From positions 124,001 through 188,000 of the forward strand of contig NW_026782026.1 in the NCBI RefSeq assembly GCF_031769215.1: a stretch of 64,000 bases of DNA, read 5' to 3'. The stretch's first letter is position 1; each line of letters opens with the position of its first letter. The position numbers were made by a program, and so were the translations under genes. Positions 15,001-30,000 of the stretch are shown here, piece after piece. Under the pieces are notes generated by a model. It saw nothing but the letters and a program-made list of their open reading frames with translations, did no database searches and was not told the origin of the DNA. Source of the DNA: Ylistrum balloti (Eukaryota).

Positions 15001-18000
15001 TTTGTCTCTGTGATGTAAATCCTCGTAAACTTTTATATGATTTATGAAGTTAAATTAAAATGTAATATGGTAAAGAGTAACATGAATATAAGATGCCATA
15101 TAAATGCTTTGTACAAGATACATACATATATGGATTCCAATATTCTGACCTTAAACTCATTTTCAAAATCAGATATTTATAGTTTAAGAAATTTACAGTA
15201 AAATACATTTTATGTCTACTTTAATGTCTAGAGAAACTTGTGATACTGTGAATAGATACCTTGTATCCAGCTGTGGCAGCTGAGGATGGAACTGTTATTT
15301 CTCCAAGGTGCCAGACATTCCCATCATTGTTAGACATTGTAAAACCAGCTCTCCCTAATTGGCCGCCAGTCTGTGGAAACAGTGATTTCAATATACGGCA
15401 TTGTTTAAGAAATTTTTAAAAGATAAAATTATCATTTATAACATGTGCAGATTTTCCTCAGATTTGAGGAAGTGAACCGTGTGTTCCTGTTGTTTAATTA
15501 TCAAATTTGATTGAATGACAGTCATATTTGATTAAATTCTGTAAAACAATCGGAGTACATTACATGGTATACTTCATCCCCTGCCTTTGTATTTTAAATG
15601 ATCTATTTCTATCCTTCTCGTAACCCTAGAAACAAACTACTGATCAAGCTTATACACCAGCATCCCTTCTTTTGGGTGATTCAATCTTACGGGCATCTCT
15701 TCTTTTGGGTGATTCAACCCTATGGGCATCCCTTCTTTTTGGTGATTCAACCCTATGGGCATCCCTTCCTTTGGGTGATTCAGCCCTATGGGCATCTCTT
15801 CTTTTGGGTGATTCAACCCTATGGGCATCTCTTCTTTTGGGTGATTCAACCCTATGGGCATCTTTTCTTTTGGGTGATTCAGACCTATGGGCATCTCTTC
15901 TTTTGGGTGATTCAACCCTATGGGCATCCCTTCCTTTGGGTGATTCAGCCCTATGGGCATCTCTTCTTTTGGGTGATTCAACACTATCAGCATCCCTTCT
16001 TTTGGGTGATTCAACTCTATGGGCATCCCTTCCTTTGGGTGATTCAGCTCTATGGACATCCCTTCCTTTGGGTGATTCAACTCTATGGATATCCCTTCCT
16101 TTGGGTGATTCAACCCTATGGGCATCCCTTCCTTTGGGTGATTCAACTCTATGGACATCCCTTCCTTTGGGTAATACAATAATATGAACATCCCTTCCTT
16201 TAAGTAATACAATAATATGGGGATCCCTTCCTTTTGGTGATACAGCAAATCAATTGTTAAAACCGATATGCATTAACATGTCATAAGTTCACTGACCAAT
16301 TGTATAAAAAGAATGAAGAATGGTAATCAAACCTGTATGTATACGTTGAGTGCCCCTACGGTTGTGCCATATATATGGTAGTAAAACTGGACACACATGG
16401 CTTGGCTGTCAGTGTAAGTCGGAGAGATCAATCGTGCGGTATCCCCAGCTTGACGTGGAGCAGACGTCTCAATGTACATATAAAAGCCTACAAGATTTAA
16501 TATTAGATATCTTTATATTAATTTTACGAACAGAAAAGAATTATATATCTATCACAATAAACTTCTGGAGGGTCATGTGCCATACCATGTTTGGTATTGT
16601 ATGTGTGATCATTTGAGGGTCTGGACCTTACCTTGTCTGGTATTGTATGTGTTATCATTTGAGGGTCTGGACCTTACCTTGTCTGGTATTGTATGTGTTA
16701 TCATTTGAGGGTCTGGACCTTACCTTGTCTGGTATTGTATGTGTGATCATTTGAGGGTCTCGACCTTACCTTGTCTGGTATTGTATGTGTGATCATTTGA
16801 GGGTCTGGACCTTACCTTGTCTGGTATTGTATGTGTGATCATTTGAGGGTCTGGACCTTACCTTGTTTGGTATTGTATGTGTGATCATTTGAGGGTCTGG
16901 ACCTTACCATGTCTGGTATTGTATGTGTGATCATTTGAGGGTCTGGACCTTACCTTGTCAGGTATTGTATGTGTGATCATTTGAGGGTCTGGACCTTACC
17001 TTGTCAGGTATTGTATGTGTGATCATTTGAGGGTCTGATCTTTACCTTGTTTGGTATTGTATGTGTGATCATTTGAGGGTCCTGTCCCTGAAGATGATGT
17101 TGATCCTGAGTGTCTTGTCCAGTCAAACACGTCAGTTTTGTCCTGTGTATATCCACAGATATGAGCATCCTCAAAACTGCATGTCCTTCCACTGAGTGAC
17201 GATGACCCTGAAGACAAAGCACACATCAAAAATTCATTCAAAACAACTTTTGTGTTAACAAACCAGTAAGTAGTGTCACTTTGTGTTGTTGAGCCAGTAA
17301 CTCATGTCACTTTCGTGTTAATGAACCAATATCTTGTGTCACTTTGTATTGTTGAGCCAGTAACTCATGTCACTTTCATGCTAATGAACCAATATCTTGT
17401 GTCACTTTGTATTGTTGAGCCAGTAACTCATGTCACTTTTGTGCTAATGAACCAATATCTTGTGTCACTGTTGTGTTAATAAATTACTTTTGAATGAATT
17501 ATCTAATAACTCATGTCACTTTTGAGTAAAGGAACCAGTAATTTGTGTCACCTTTGTGTTAATGAACCAGTAATTTGTGTCATCTTTGTGTTAATGAACC
17601 AGTAATTTGTGTCAGCTTTGTGTTAATGAACCAGTAATTTGTGTCACCTTTGTGTTAATGAACCAGTAATTTGTGTCACCTTTGTGTTAATGAACCAGTA
17701 ATTTGTGTCACCTTTGTGTTAATGAACCAGTAATTTGAGTCATTTTTAAGATAATGAACCAGTAATTTGTGTCATCTTTGTGTTAATGAACCAGTAATCT
17801 TTGTGTTAATGAACCAGTAATTTGAGTCATTTTTAAGATAATGAACCAGTAATTTGTGTCATCTTTGTGTTAATGAACCAGTAATTTGTGTCACCTTTGT
17901 GTTAATGAACCAGTAATTTGTGTCATCTTTGTGTTAATGAACCAGTAATTTGAGTCATTTTTAAGATAATGAACCTGTAATTTGTGTCATCTTTGTTCTA

Positions 18001-21000
18001 ATAACCCAGTAACTTCAGTCATTTTTGTGTTAATGAATCACTTTTGTGTATCTGAGTCACTTTTGTGCTAATGAACCAGTACCTGAACATGTTCCACTTT
18101 TCAGCGTTACATCATCCATAGAAATATCACCATGGTAACCATCTGTCATAATGCCTTCAAATATGAGCTGAAACAGAAATGACAGAATCTATTTACTAAC
18201 AATCACATGACACTAAACAGCCAATAGAATTTCACTAATGGACCACAAGACCTCTACATGATAACACAGCAGTAGTTGTAGTTGGAACAGTTTTTAAATG
18301 ATTAAAACAAATAGCAATATTTCATCAGTAAAGCAAAACCTGAGCAATGCTATTTCATGAGAGATGCAAATCTTAATCTGACTATTTTAATGAACACCTA
18401 TTCTGTCAATTTTGGTAAGTTTTAGTACAATACTTGATGTCTCATAGCAACAGTATACATTCATGACAAAGCTTGTTTCGTTTTGAGAAACAATGAATTC
18501 ACGATCATGTTACAAATGGCCATCATGACTTTCCTTCCTTAACATTCCATATTAGACTTCGGATAGACCCAAAATATAACAACACTTAGTCAGCACTATC
18601 TCAGGATCATTTCATTTATATTCCAGCTCAATTTCACTTATGGAGCTTGAGAAGAAATCTAAAATGCAGAAAGATCTTGCCCAGCGGATGGCAAACAATG
18701 ACAAACAAAACATGATGGCTATATGTACATATTCCAATCTTTATGAAATAAAAAAGAAATTAACGTGTTTTATTCATAATAAGAACCAATATTGACAGGA
18801 ATAGATTAGTATCATACATAAGTACTGTACTTACATTGAAGGGAGCAGCGGGGGTGAAGGTCACATTTGCTTGCCTCCACTGGTTCCCTTGATTTCCAGA
18901 GCGTGTCCACTCTGGGGATCCAGGAGTTGCCCCTGTCTGTACATACAGATTCAGTGTCCCAATATCTGACCCGTACATATGATACCAGAAAATGAGGCAA
19001 TGTGGACCAGTCTGCCTCACTTGAACACTCTGTAGTAGTGCTTTTTCATTGACATGTCGCTGGGATGATTCAGTAAACACATAGTAACCATCTACAGTAT
19101 AAAATGGATTATAAATTACTATTAGTCATTATAACTACCATGTTATGACAACTTAGTATTTACATTTTGACAATATTTTGATAAGATTTATGAGCCTCAA
19201 CTAATGTCCAGACTGACTGTGTCACATTTCGAGCCCACCCTGTCAACAGACCTTATTGAACAAATCAAATTACAAAAAAAAAGGGGTGACCGATTATTGG
19301 AAACTGGCACAAAACGTTTCTTTACTACAAAATCATTTAGAAAATATTGAACAGACTTTGAGAACAGAAAGTCAAGGAAGACAAGCTTACAACAATTACT
19401 ATGAAACAGACTTTGAATCCTGATCAAAACAATGCTTATGATAAAGGACAGCAATAAATCAGAGGTTTATTTGCAGTAAGGATCAGGATGGTCAAAATCA
19501 ACCAGATGATAACATTACAATTCTTTTAACTAAAAGTGGGGGAGAAGGCTATAACAAGAGGTTTATCATAAGCCTATGAAGGTGGTAAAGAAATGCCTAC
19601 TTTTCAACTTTTGTTTTGCCTTCAAAGTAAGAAATGAATGATTAAAAGTTTTGCCTTCATAGTAAGAAATGGATGATTAAAAGAGTGTGGGCAGTTATTG
19701 GAACAAATACAGTAAATCATGTGTATCTGAAATACTGTAACGTATTAATTAAATGTAACAATAGTGTGATGTCTTAGATATGATAATGTCTATAATGTCA
19801 TATCAGACAAATTCACTGTGATTGTAGTCTTTATCCATGATGTCATGTAAAGTGTTATTTTTTAAATTCCAAAACTATTTTGATTATTTTTAACTATATC
19901 TTTTAGTAACACTGTTGTGTTTAAATCATTATTATTTTCTTTTTTTATGAAAGATGTCCTGACAAAGTAATAATGAAATACTGATGTTGATCATGAGGAA
20001 TGTGATGACATATCTATGTATTGAAGATTATAATGTCTAGAGATAATCATGAAATACTGATGCCATTATGATATTTATAAAATGGTGTAATGATGTTGAA
20101 AATGATATGTTGGTACCATGATGATGATTATGATGATAAATGGATACACATATGTGTGTGTATAATATGTGAAATTTTTCAAATAATAAAATGAATACAA
20201 AAAAAAATATTTTCATTTGCTATGGTTGTAAAATCCTTCAAGGCTATAGTTGGCCATGTTTATAACCATAACAACTATCAATAATGATAACTTCACTTGA
20301 TTGATTGACATATGCACCACACATAAAAAGTAATTTGAGATAAAGGACAAGAAATGTATGATATTTCAAAATAATATATTATAAATTTCTAAAAATAGTA
20401 ACTGTGACCTTGATCTTGACCTCTAAAAAACTACCTTTTCTGAGGTACTTTCTTAGTTAACTTCTGTATATAAAGATTCGTCAAAATTGCTATCAAAATA
20501 AAGTTGTTAGATTAATGGAAGTGAATTGAAAGAATCTGGATGCTGATACAAGTTGAGAAAAACAATCAAGGCAAACTTATATGCCCCCATTCCTCTGAAG
20601 AAATGGCTTGGACATAAAACATAATGACATATATAACTACATCATTTAATGATCATGTACTTAAATATTTGTTTATTTAAAGAATTAAAAGTTTTAGAGG
20701 AGCTGTCCATGTATGGACCAGTTTCAACTAAAACAACATTCTGTGAAAAAGGACATGCACAACTTTATGGTGTATCAATCTTGCAGAACAAATTTTGTTC
20801 CGTTGACGTGGAAGATTAGGAGTAGTTGTTTGAACAAATTGTCATAACAGACAACAACACACAACACAGATAGATGGACAGAAAACACAAATAGATAGAT
20901 AGACTAGCTTGTTCCTGTACAACCCTTTCAACTTCATCATTGAGAGAAGGGTTTATGAAACACCAGCACCGTATTACTTACGTCCAGAGGTGTGGTCAGA

Positions 21001-24000
21001 GGAGGGTCCAGTGCGGCCAGTTACTGTTGGCCTGTTCTGCCTTGTCCAATCAAAATCATCATTTTTAGGGTTTGTCCAACCACAGAAGTTTGAGTCGAAA
21101 TTGCATGTGACTGAGTTTGTACCTATAAATAAAATTGGTAAGGAATTTCAAGGTTCTATTATTGATTCTCAAGAAATCAGCTGGAGTTTATTTAATCCAA
21201 AACCTATATATTGCTTTAAGTATCGTCATAAATGATTTTCATAGTTCTGCTGTCATTGTCAGAAACATTGTCTATCATGTGGAATCAATCAGCTGGTCAC
21301 TTATTGGATGGACTCTAGATATCAACATCCCAACAGACACCTTTAAAGATTATCCAAGATCTAGATTAATTACAACAAGTCAATGTTACCCTACAATGCT
21401 GTGTGATTTGGGAGTTTTTTTCTCATATCATGATTTGAGTTCCTAAGTGTGCAGGACAAGTCAATACCATCAATATGTCACGTTAGCAACATCTCTGTTC
21501 TGATAAGGGCAAAGAGAAGCTTTGTTATATATCAAGAATTTATATCATATTAAATTAAAAGTGATTTGATACAGGTACCTCATTAGCATGTACATTTCGT
21601 TAAGATATATACAATAAGTAAAATGTTCATCTCATTGAAATTGATTTCTAATGGTCAACTTTCTGGTATTTCCATAAAGAAAGTACTGTGGATTCATTTA
21701 TTTTCGTTGGGTTCAAATTTCGTTGTTTCTACAGATTAGACAGTTTCGTGGACTCATAAATTCGTTGATTTTTTATTCTGTGGAAAAAAATTAAAATCAT
21801 TAGAATTTTCCCTAAGAAAAACGTTTTTACTTGCATTTTCAGTATGTAGTTCATATTTCATGGATTTGCTCATCAACGAAAACAACAAAAATTGGACCCC
21901 CACAAAATAAAATGAATCCACAGTTGTCAAGTCACTATACAAATGAGACTGAAGCTAAACAAAAGTATGATGTCAAAATGCTAACAGGTGAAAATAATGT
22001 CATTCTGTTGTGTCAGGTTTTTGTATTGTGAGTTGAAAACTGACTTGCTGGAGGAGATGTTCCTCCTGGCGTTGTTGCCTTTGTTGATGCAGTTGTTGGT
22101 GGTTTTGTTGAAATCTGCGATGAAGGTTGGGCATTACGTGGAGATACTGATAAAAATAAAAAAAATCATAACGATTTTCAATATCATATTGATTTTATTT
22201 CACCATGCTTCAATCAATGCTTGACAGTAAATATACCAAGGTCAGTAACCAAATCAGAAAATCTAAACATGCTTGAAAACTTTACCTAAAAATAACCTGA
22301 TATAAACTTTTCAGAATCGAACAATGCATGAAGGGAACAAATTGTATTTGTCACTAAAATTAACAAAAGATTTACGAAGCCTGCTAAACCCCATAGCTAT
22401 ATTAAGTTCAAATAAATTCAGCTTAAACTACCCTGAGGTATATAGTCATGTATTATTAATGAACAAAATTTAACTTAAAACTGGTGTTAATTTTAATTTC
22501 TGACAATTAATTTTCATGCCTTTACCTCAATCAACAAAATCACTTGAGTAATTCACACAATAAAAAACGTTTAATCACAGTAATTCATAGACCAGGAGAT
22601 TGATTTTAAGATGGACAGCTTTGTAGCAAAAACAATTATTACAGAAAATAGCCAGCCTTTAAACTAAAATCAATTAGAAAAACTTACTTGTACATATAGA
22701 ATTTCTCACAAGAAAGTCATCCAAAGCAATGTCTCCTTGAACTCCTTTACCACGTATGCCAACAATGGCCAGCTGTAATAAATCATTGATTGTAGGATTA
22801 ACATCTGAATTACAAGTTATCTCCTAATACACTATTACCATCAGGACCAAAAAGGAACAGCTGTAATCCATCAATGATTATAGAGTTTACAGCTAATTTA
22901 ATAAAACAAGAGATATATCTCCTCCTCACAAGAGCTTTCAAAAGTCTGTCCATGAATCCGTGAGATATGTTTTACACAAGCTTTTTATTTCAAAAGAAGA
23001 CAAATACATGGTGATTTTTTTACCTTTAACCTTGACAGATGACCATCAAAATCTAGCTAAGTGTAGACCTTGTTGGGGTGATGATATTTTGGTTCATCAG
23101 ATATCTGGTACTTCAAATGTGTTAAAGGTTGACCTTTGGCCTTTAACATTGATTGATGACCACAAAAATCAAAGTGTAGACCATAGTTGGGTGCTGCTAT
23201 GTTAAGAATATTAATTGAATTTGTCCATGGGCACATGAGACATTTTGTTGACAATTTTATCACTGATGCACAGACACACAAAATGTTTACTATATACATC
23301 CCCCTAACCTTAATTGGGAGTGTAATTTAAGTCAATCATTCAACACGCTAATATGTCATTATTTCAATTTGAAAACTATACATTACAAATGGGTCATAAT
23401 AGAGTGAGACTTTCAAGCAAGAATACCTTGAAGTTATTTTGGTTGTTGGTGATGGGAACGCGTCCAAATATCCAGGTGCCATTCTGACTGCCACTCAATG
23501 TCCAGATAGGTCGGTCTACACCATTCACATTCATTATGACTGTGAGCGTTCCAATGTCAGACCCTTGCATGTTATACCAGAACTGGAAACACTTCTGTCT
23601 GGAGGACTTTCGAAACACTTGACTAATCAAGCGAGCTTGGTCATTAGGTCGCTGCGGAGAGCTTGCCTCAGTGTACACATAGTAACCTATTTATCAAATA
23701 GTCCTGTAGATTTAGTTTCACCATTTTTATTATTTAATGATTTTCATTTGGCAGTTACTTTGTCGGCTAATAAAAAATCTGATCAAAGAACTTCTTGAAA
23801 ATCTAACTTTATACCAAGAAAAAGTAACAAACAAGATAGTTATATGTTTTGATAAACATCAAACTTTGTCATGTCTATGATTCAAACAAGATTCATCGCA
23901 TAAAATATTAATACATGTACTCAACTTGTCTTAGTCAACAAAAATGATTCATTGAAATTACTTGATTCCCTATAAATTAACTAAAATTTGTAATTAATTC

Positions 24001-27000
24001 AATTTACAATGCTAATTTATTGGAAAATCACTTATTCCACATTAGAACTTAATATAAGTGACAAAGAAAAGCAGTTCAGTTGTCTTGTTGCCCTTACACT
24101 TCTACACTATCTTGAATGCTGTCATGTTGTCTTTTACACTTCTACACTATCTTGGCTGTTGCCTTGTTGCCCTTACACTTCTACACTATCTTGAATGCTG
24201 TCATGTTGTCTTTTACACTTTTACACTATCTTGGCTGTTGCCTTGTTGCCCTTACACTTCTACACTATCTTGATTGTTGCCTTGTTGCATTTACATTTCT
24301 ACACTATATGACTGCTGCCATGTTGCCCTTACACTTCTACACTATCTTGATTGTTGCTATGTTGTCTTTTAACTTCTACACTATCTTGAATGCTGTCATG
24401 TTGTCTTTTACACTTCTACACTATCTTGATTGTTGCTATGTTGTCTTTTAACTTCTACACTATCTTGAATGCTGTCATGTTGTCTTTTACACTTCTACAC
24501 TATCTTGGCTGTTGCCTTGTTGTCCTTACACTTCTACACTATCTTGAATGCTGTCATGTTGTCTTTTACACTTTTACACTATCTTGGCTGTTGCCTTGTT
24601 GCCCTTACACTTCTACACTATCTTGATTGTTGCCTTGTTGCATTTACATTTCTACACTATATGACTGCTGCCATGTTGCCCTTACACTTCTACACTATCT
24701 TGATTGTTGCTATGTTGTCTTTTAACTTCTACACTATCTTGAATGCTGTCATGTTGTCTTTTACACTTCTACACTATCTTGATTGTTGCTATGTTGTCTT
24801 TTAACTTCTACACTATCTTGAATGCTGTCATGTTGTCTTTTACACTTCTACACTATCTTGATTGTTGCTATGTTGTCTTTTAACTTCTACACTATCTTGA
24901 ATTTTGTCATGTTGTCTTTTACACTTTTACACTATCTTGGCTGTTGCCTTGTTGCCCTTACACTTCTACACTATCTTGACTGTTGCTTTGTTGCCCTTAC
25001 ACTTCTACACTATCTTGACTGTGGCCTTGCTGTCTTTAACACTTCTACCCTACCTCTATTGTTGCCATGGGTGTGGTCTGCTGAAGGACCTGTGTTTCTT
25101 GAACTTGTTGTTCCATGATGACGCATCCAGTCAAAATCATCCTGCCTCACATTAGTCCACCCACATAAGTTTTTATCAAAGTTACAGGTTCCTGAGGGAA
25201 AATTGATTTGCAATGTAGGTTTTGATTAAAGTTTTGGCCATGAGATATAAGAGCATCTGATGACAGTCACATTAAAAAAAAACATCAATTATGTTCATCT
25301 TTCTCTTCAGATGACATCTTTAGACACTAATTGTAATATTCTCTGAAGCTCTTTTGTTTGCTTATTACAAATGTTGTCTTAAAGACGAAAGGGATTTCAT
25401 CTATAAGTGAAAACTATTGAAATGTGACATAATGTAGACAACATCAATTGACCTTACCAATGGCTGGGCAGTTTCCTGAAGCGACACTAACATCATCAAT
25501 AGCTATGTCCCCCTTAAAGCCTTGTCCTCTCACTGCTTCAAACACAACCTGAAATAAAAAGGCAGAATGTTTCATTACACCTAACATATAATACTTCTAA
25601 TTTCTAGTAGATATACTGATCAAACCAATAACAAGGATATGAGTGTTTCTTTTTCTGACATATGTATTAAAACATGATTTGGTTCCTAAAGGCTCAAATT
25701 GATAAAAGTTAACTGGTTTAATAACTTAATGATACATACATTGAAAGCCCTTCCTCTCCGTAGTGTGACTTGAGCAATATTCCAGCCCACCCCTTGGTTG
25801 CCACTAAGGGTCCAGACAGGCTGCCCGAGAGAGTTTCTAGACTTGGTATATACATTGAGACTGTCCACACCAGTTCCATACATGCTGTAGTAAAAGGTCA
25901 AACACATGCTTCTTCGACCAGTGCTGGACGGACTGATAAGGCGAGCTTTTTGACCAGACTGAGTATTTGATGCATCAATGTACACATAATGACCTTTAAA
26001 AGACAATAAATGACCTTTTCATAAACCACTGAGAGTGTATTCATGGAGATTAAATGCAACCCAATCATAAGTTGTGACCTAAACTACAGTCAAAACTTGT
26101 TTGCTCAAATTCAAGGGATCATAGAAAATATTTCGACTTATCCATATTTCGGCTCAAACGGAATGTATAAATAAGGTTGACAATATCAGTTTTCTGACGT
26201 TGATTACGGATGAACGAAGTAGCGCTATGATAGCATGCAAACAGAGTAGTTTAATCTGATATTTGAAATGGCAGTAAATAAACAAATGAATTTATCCTTC
26301 TTTCTCCTTTTATTGTTTATTCATCCAAATAACAAAACATGTAATAACAACTCTAATAAAATGCAATCGTACTCGCGTCGTTTCGTTCACCACACACGTG
26401 TACAATACCCTTACTGACCAAGCACATAAGCACCATATATTTTACAGAATGACATAAAACAAAATTAAAATTTGCTTTTGATACACTATAAGAAAAAATG
26501 TATGAAGCCAAAGATCATATCAATATGACTTTACTATGAATAAGTAAATGTATGAAAAACGTGTCACTAGAAAAGTTTTAGCTGTTACAGAAATAATTGT
26601 ACAAGCACCAGACTTAACAAATCACACACTGATATAGACTCTATCATTGAAAAAAACTTCCAGCACTTCTTTGTCCGAACACTAAATCTAACGAAGTGCC
26701 TGATCTTAGTCCTTTAGTTAACAAGCTCAAAATTAGTTTCTTTCCGAATTGTGGGGATCACATTTCATCAACAAGAGATCCCAGAGGGATCTTGGCGCCC
26801 ACCATTTGAGGATCTGTTTTCAGTTCTTGAAGATTTGTTTATTTTTTTTTGTTTGTTACAGGTGTTGTAAATGTTCATGAACTGGTCTTCATTGAATGTA
26901 CTCAATGATGGCACAAGATATTTTTATTAAACACCTATTAGCAAATATCATGTGAAAAAGATCCCAAAGTATTATTAGATAGCAGTCAGTTACAGGTGGA

Positions 27001-30000
27001 TAATGGACAATATGCTTGTGCTGTATTACTGTCGACATCCAAGATGGCTGCCTGTGGGCCACCTTGATTTCAAATCAGTCCAAAAAAGGTATAATGCACA
27101 ACTAGGGACCAAGGGAAACCAATATCTATGAAATATCAGAAGGATCCATCCAGTATTTCCTCAGATATAGCAGTAACAAGATTTTACTCTCAAAATCCAA
27201 GATGGCTGCCTGTCAGCCATCTTGATTTCGGATCAATCCAAAAAGGTATAATGCACAACTTGGAACCAAAGGGAACCTGCATATGAAATTTGAGAAAGAT
27301 CCATCCAGTACTTTCCAAGAAATAGCAGTAACAAACTTTTACTTCCAAAATCCAAGATGGCTGCCTGTCGGCCATCTTGAATTCGAATCAGTCCAAAAAA
27401 GGTACAATGCACACCTAGGGACCAAGGGGAACTTGCATATGAAATTTGAGAAAGATCCATCCAGTACTTTCCAAGAAATAGCAGTAACAAACTTTTACAT
27501 CCAAAATCCAAGATGGCCACCTGTCGGCCATCTTGAATTCGAATCAGTCCAAAAAAGGTACAATGCACAACTAGGGACAAAGGGGAAACTGCATATGAAA
27601 TTTGAGGAAGATCCATCCGGTACTTTCTCAGAAATAGCGGTAACAAACTTTTACTTCCAAAATCCAAGATGGCCACTTGTTGGCCATCTTGAATTCGAAT
27701 CAGTCCAAAAAAGGTACAATGCACAACTAGGGACAAAGGGGAAACTGCATATGAAATTTTAGAAAGATCCATCCAGTACTTTTCCAGAAATAGCGGTAAC
27801 AAGAATTGTTTACGGACGGACAGACGGACCACGGACCTCGGACGGCAGGGCGATTTGAATATCCCACCATCTGATGATGGTGGGCTAAAAAGTATGTCCT
27901 GATTTAACAGGTTTCATTTTTATCATTCCTGAAGATGCACACAACCAAGCTAAATGTTTTTATGTTTTGTGTAAACGTGCTACTTTTTTAAGGTAAGTCA
28001 CTTCTAAAGAATGGTTACATTAATTAAGAAGCCAACCTTTAACTGGATAATTAAACTGTCAATTAATAGCAAGTGATCACATGTTATGTGAACGATGGAC
28101 GGACACCCCGTTATTAGCCATGTGTTATGCACAGAAGACTTTCTATTCTGTGTATGTATTGACTGATTTCGTCATAAGACGTGCAGATGTTTTTACAAAA
28201 ATTAATTTCAAGGCAACGAATGACTTTTCCCTTGCTTTACAACTGAAGGGAAAGAAAAATCACTGCAACTCAACCGAAATTTCGACTCAATGAAATTCCA
28301 GTCATCCAAACTAAAATTACGGAGATATAGAAGGGAAAAAATTAGGACTTGAAAATTATTTCCACTCAAACGGAATTTCAACTCAAGCAATTGTGATACG
28401 AGTTTCAATTGTATATAAATATATGGATGTACCTTCTACTGAAACTAATGAAATTTCGACTCAATGAAATTTGAGTCATCTAAACTTAAATTATGAAGAT
28501 ATAGAAGGGAAAAAATTAGGCCTTGAAAATTATTTCCACTCAAACGGAATTTCAACTCAAGCGATTGCGATACGAGTTTCAATTGTATATAAAATACATG
28601 GATGTACCTTCTACTGAACGAATACATTTCATACTTTCCTTCAGATAAACTTTAAAAGTGATCAATCTAGCACAAGTGAAGCAAAAATGTGAATTATTTA
28701 AAGACAAAGATAGGATGGACAAATAATGAACAACAAAGTGGAATCTGAACAGAATATTCAATGCTCAGTCATGTACCTTGTTGTGTACGGTAAGTATGAT
28801 CACTGTTGGGTCATGTTCCTTGTTGTGTACCATAAGTGTGGTCGTTGTAGGGGAACCTACCTTGTTGTGTACGGTAAGTATGATCACTGTTGGGTCATGT
28901 TCCTTGTTGTGTACCATAAGCGTGGTCATTGTAGGGGTACCTACCTTGTTGTGTACCATCAGTGTGGTCATTATTGGGGAACCTACCTTGTTGTGTACCA
29001 TAAGTGTGGTCATTGTTGGGGAACCTACCTTGTTGTGTACTATAAGCGTGGTCATTGTAGGGGAACCTACCTTGTTGTGTACAATAAGCGTGGTCATTGT
29101 AGGGGAACTACCTTGTTGTGTACCATAAGTGTGGTCATTGTTGGGGAACCTACCTTGTTGTGTACCTTAAGTGTGGTCATTGTTGGGGAACCTACCTTGT
29201 TGTGTACCATAAGTGTGGTCATTGTTGGGGAACCTACCTTGTTGTGTACCATAAGTGTGGTCATTGTTGGGGAACATACCTTGTTGTGTACCATAAGTGT
29301 GGTCATTGTTGGGGAACCTACCTTGTTGTGTACCTCAAGCGTGGTCATTGTTGGGGAACCTACCTTGTTGTGTACCATAAGTGTGGTCATTGTTGGGGAA
29401 CCTACCTTGTTGTGTACCATAAGTGTGGTCATTGTAGGGGAACCTACCTTGTTGTGTACCATAAGTGTGGTCATTGTTGGGGAACCTACCTTGTTGTGTA
29501 CCATAAGTGTGGTCATTGTTGGGGAACCTACCTTGTTGTGTACCTTAAGTGTGGTCATTGTAGGGGAACCTACCTTGTTGTGTACCATAAGTGTGGTCAA
29601 TGTTGGGGAACCTACCTTGTTGTGTACCATAAGTGTGGTCATTGTAGGGGAACCTACCTTGTTGTGTACCTTAAGTGTGGTCATTGTTGGGGAACCTACC
29701 TTGTTGTGTACCATAAGTGTGGTCATTGTAGGGGAACCTACCTTGTTGTGTACCATAAGTGTGGTCAATGTTGGGGAACCTACCTTGTTGTGTACCATAA
29801 GTGTGGTCATTGTAGGGGAACTACCTTGTTGTGTACCATAAGTGTGGTCAATGTTGGGGAACCTACCTTGTTGTGTACCATAAGTGTGGTCATTGTTGGG
29901 GAACCTACCTTGTTGTGTACCATAAGTGTGGTCATTGTAGGGGAACCTACCTTGTTGTGTACCATAAGTGTGGTCATTGTTGGGGAACCTACCTTGTTGT

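Noticed and set aside
18440-19460. Coding-looking plus-strand fragments in the introns flanking exon 13 (e.g. [36 protein letters not shown])
   Set aside because: Short, interrupted and unrecognised; cannot be distinguished from chance without a search.
27233-27832. 159-aa and 199-aa ORFs with 52-aa repeats
   Set aside because: Translations of the 156-bp HINE core repeats.
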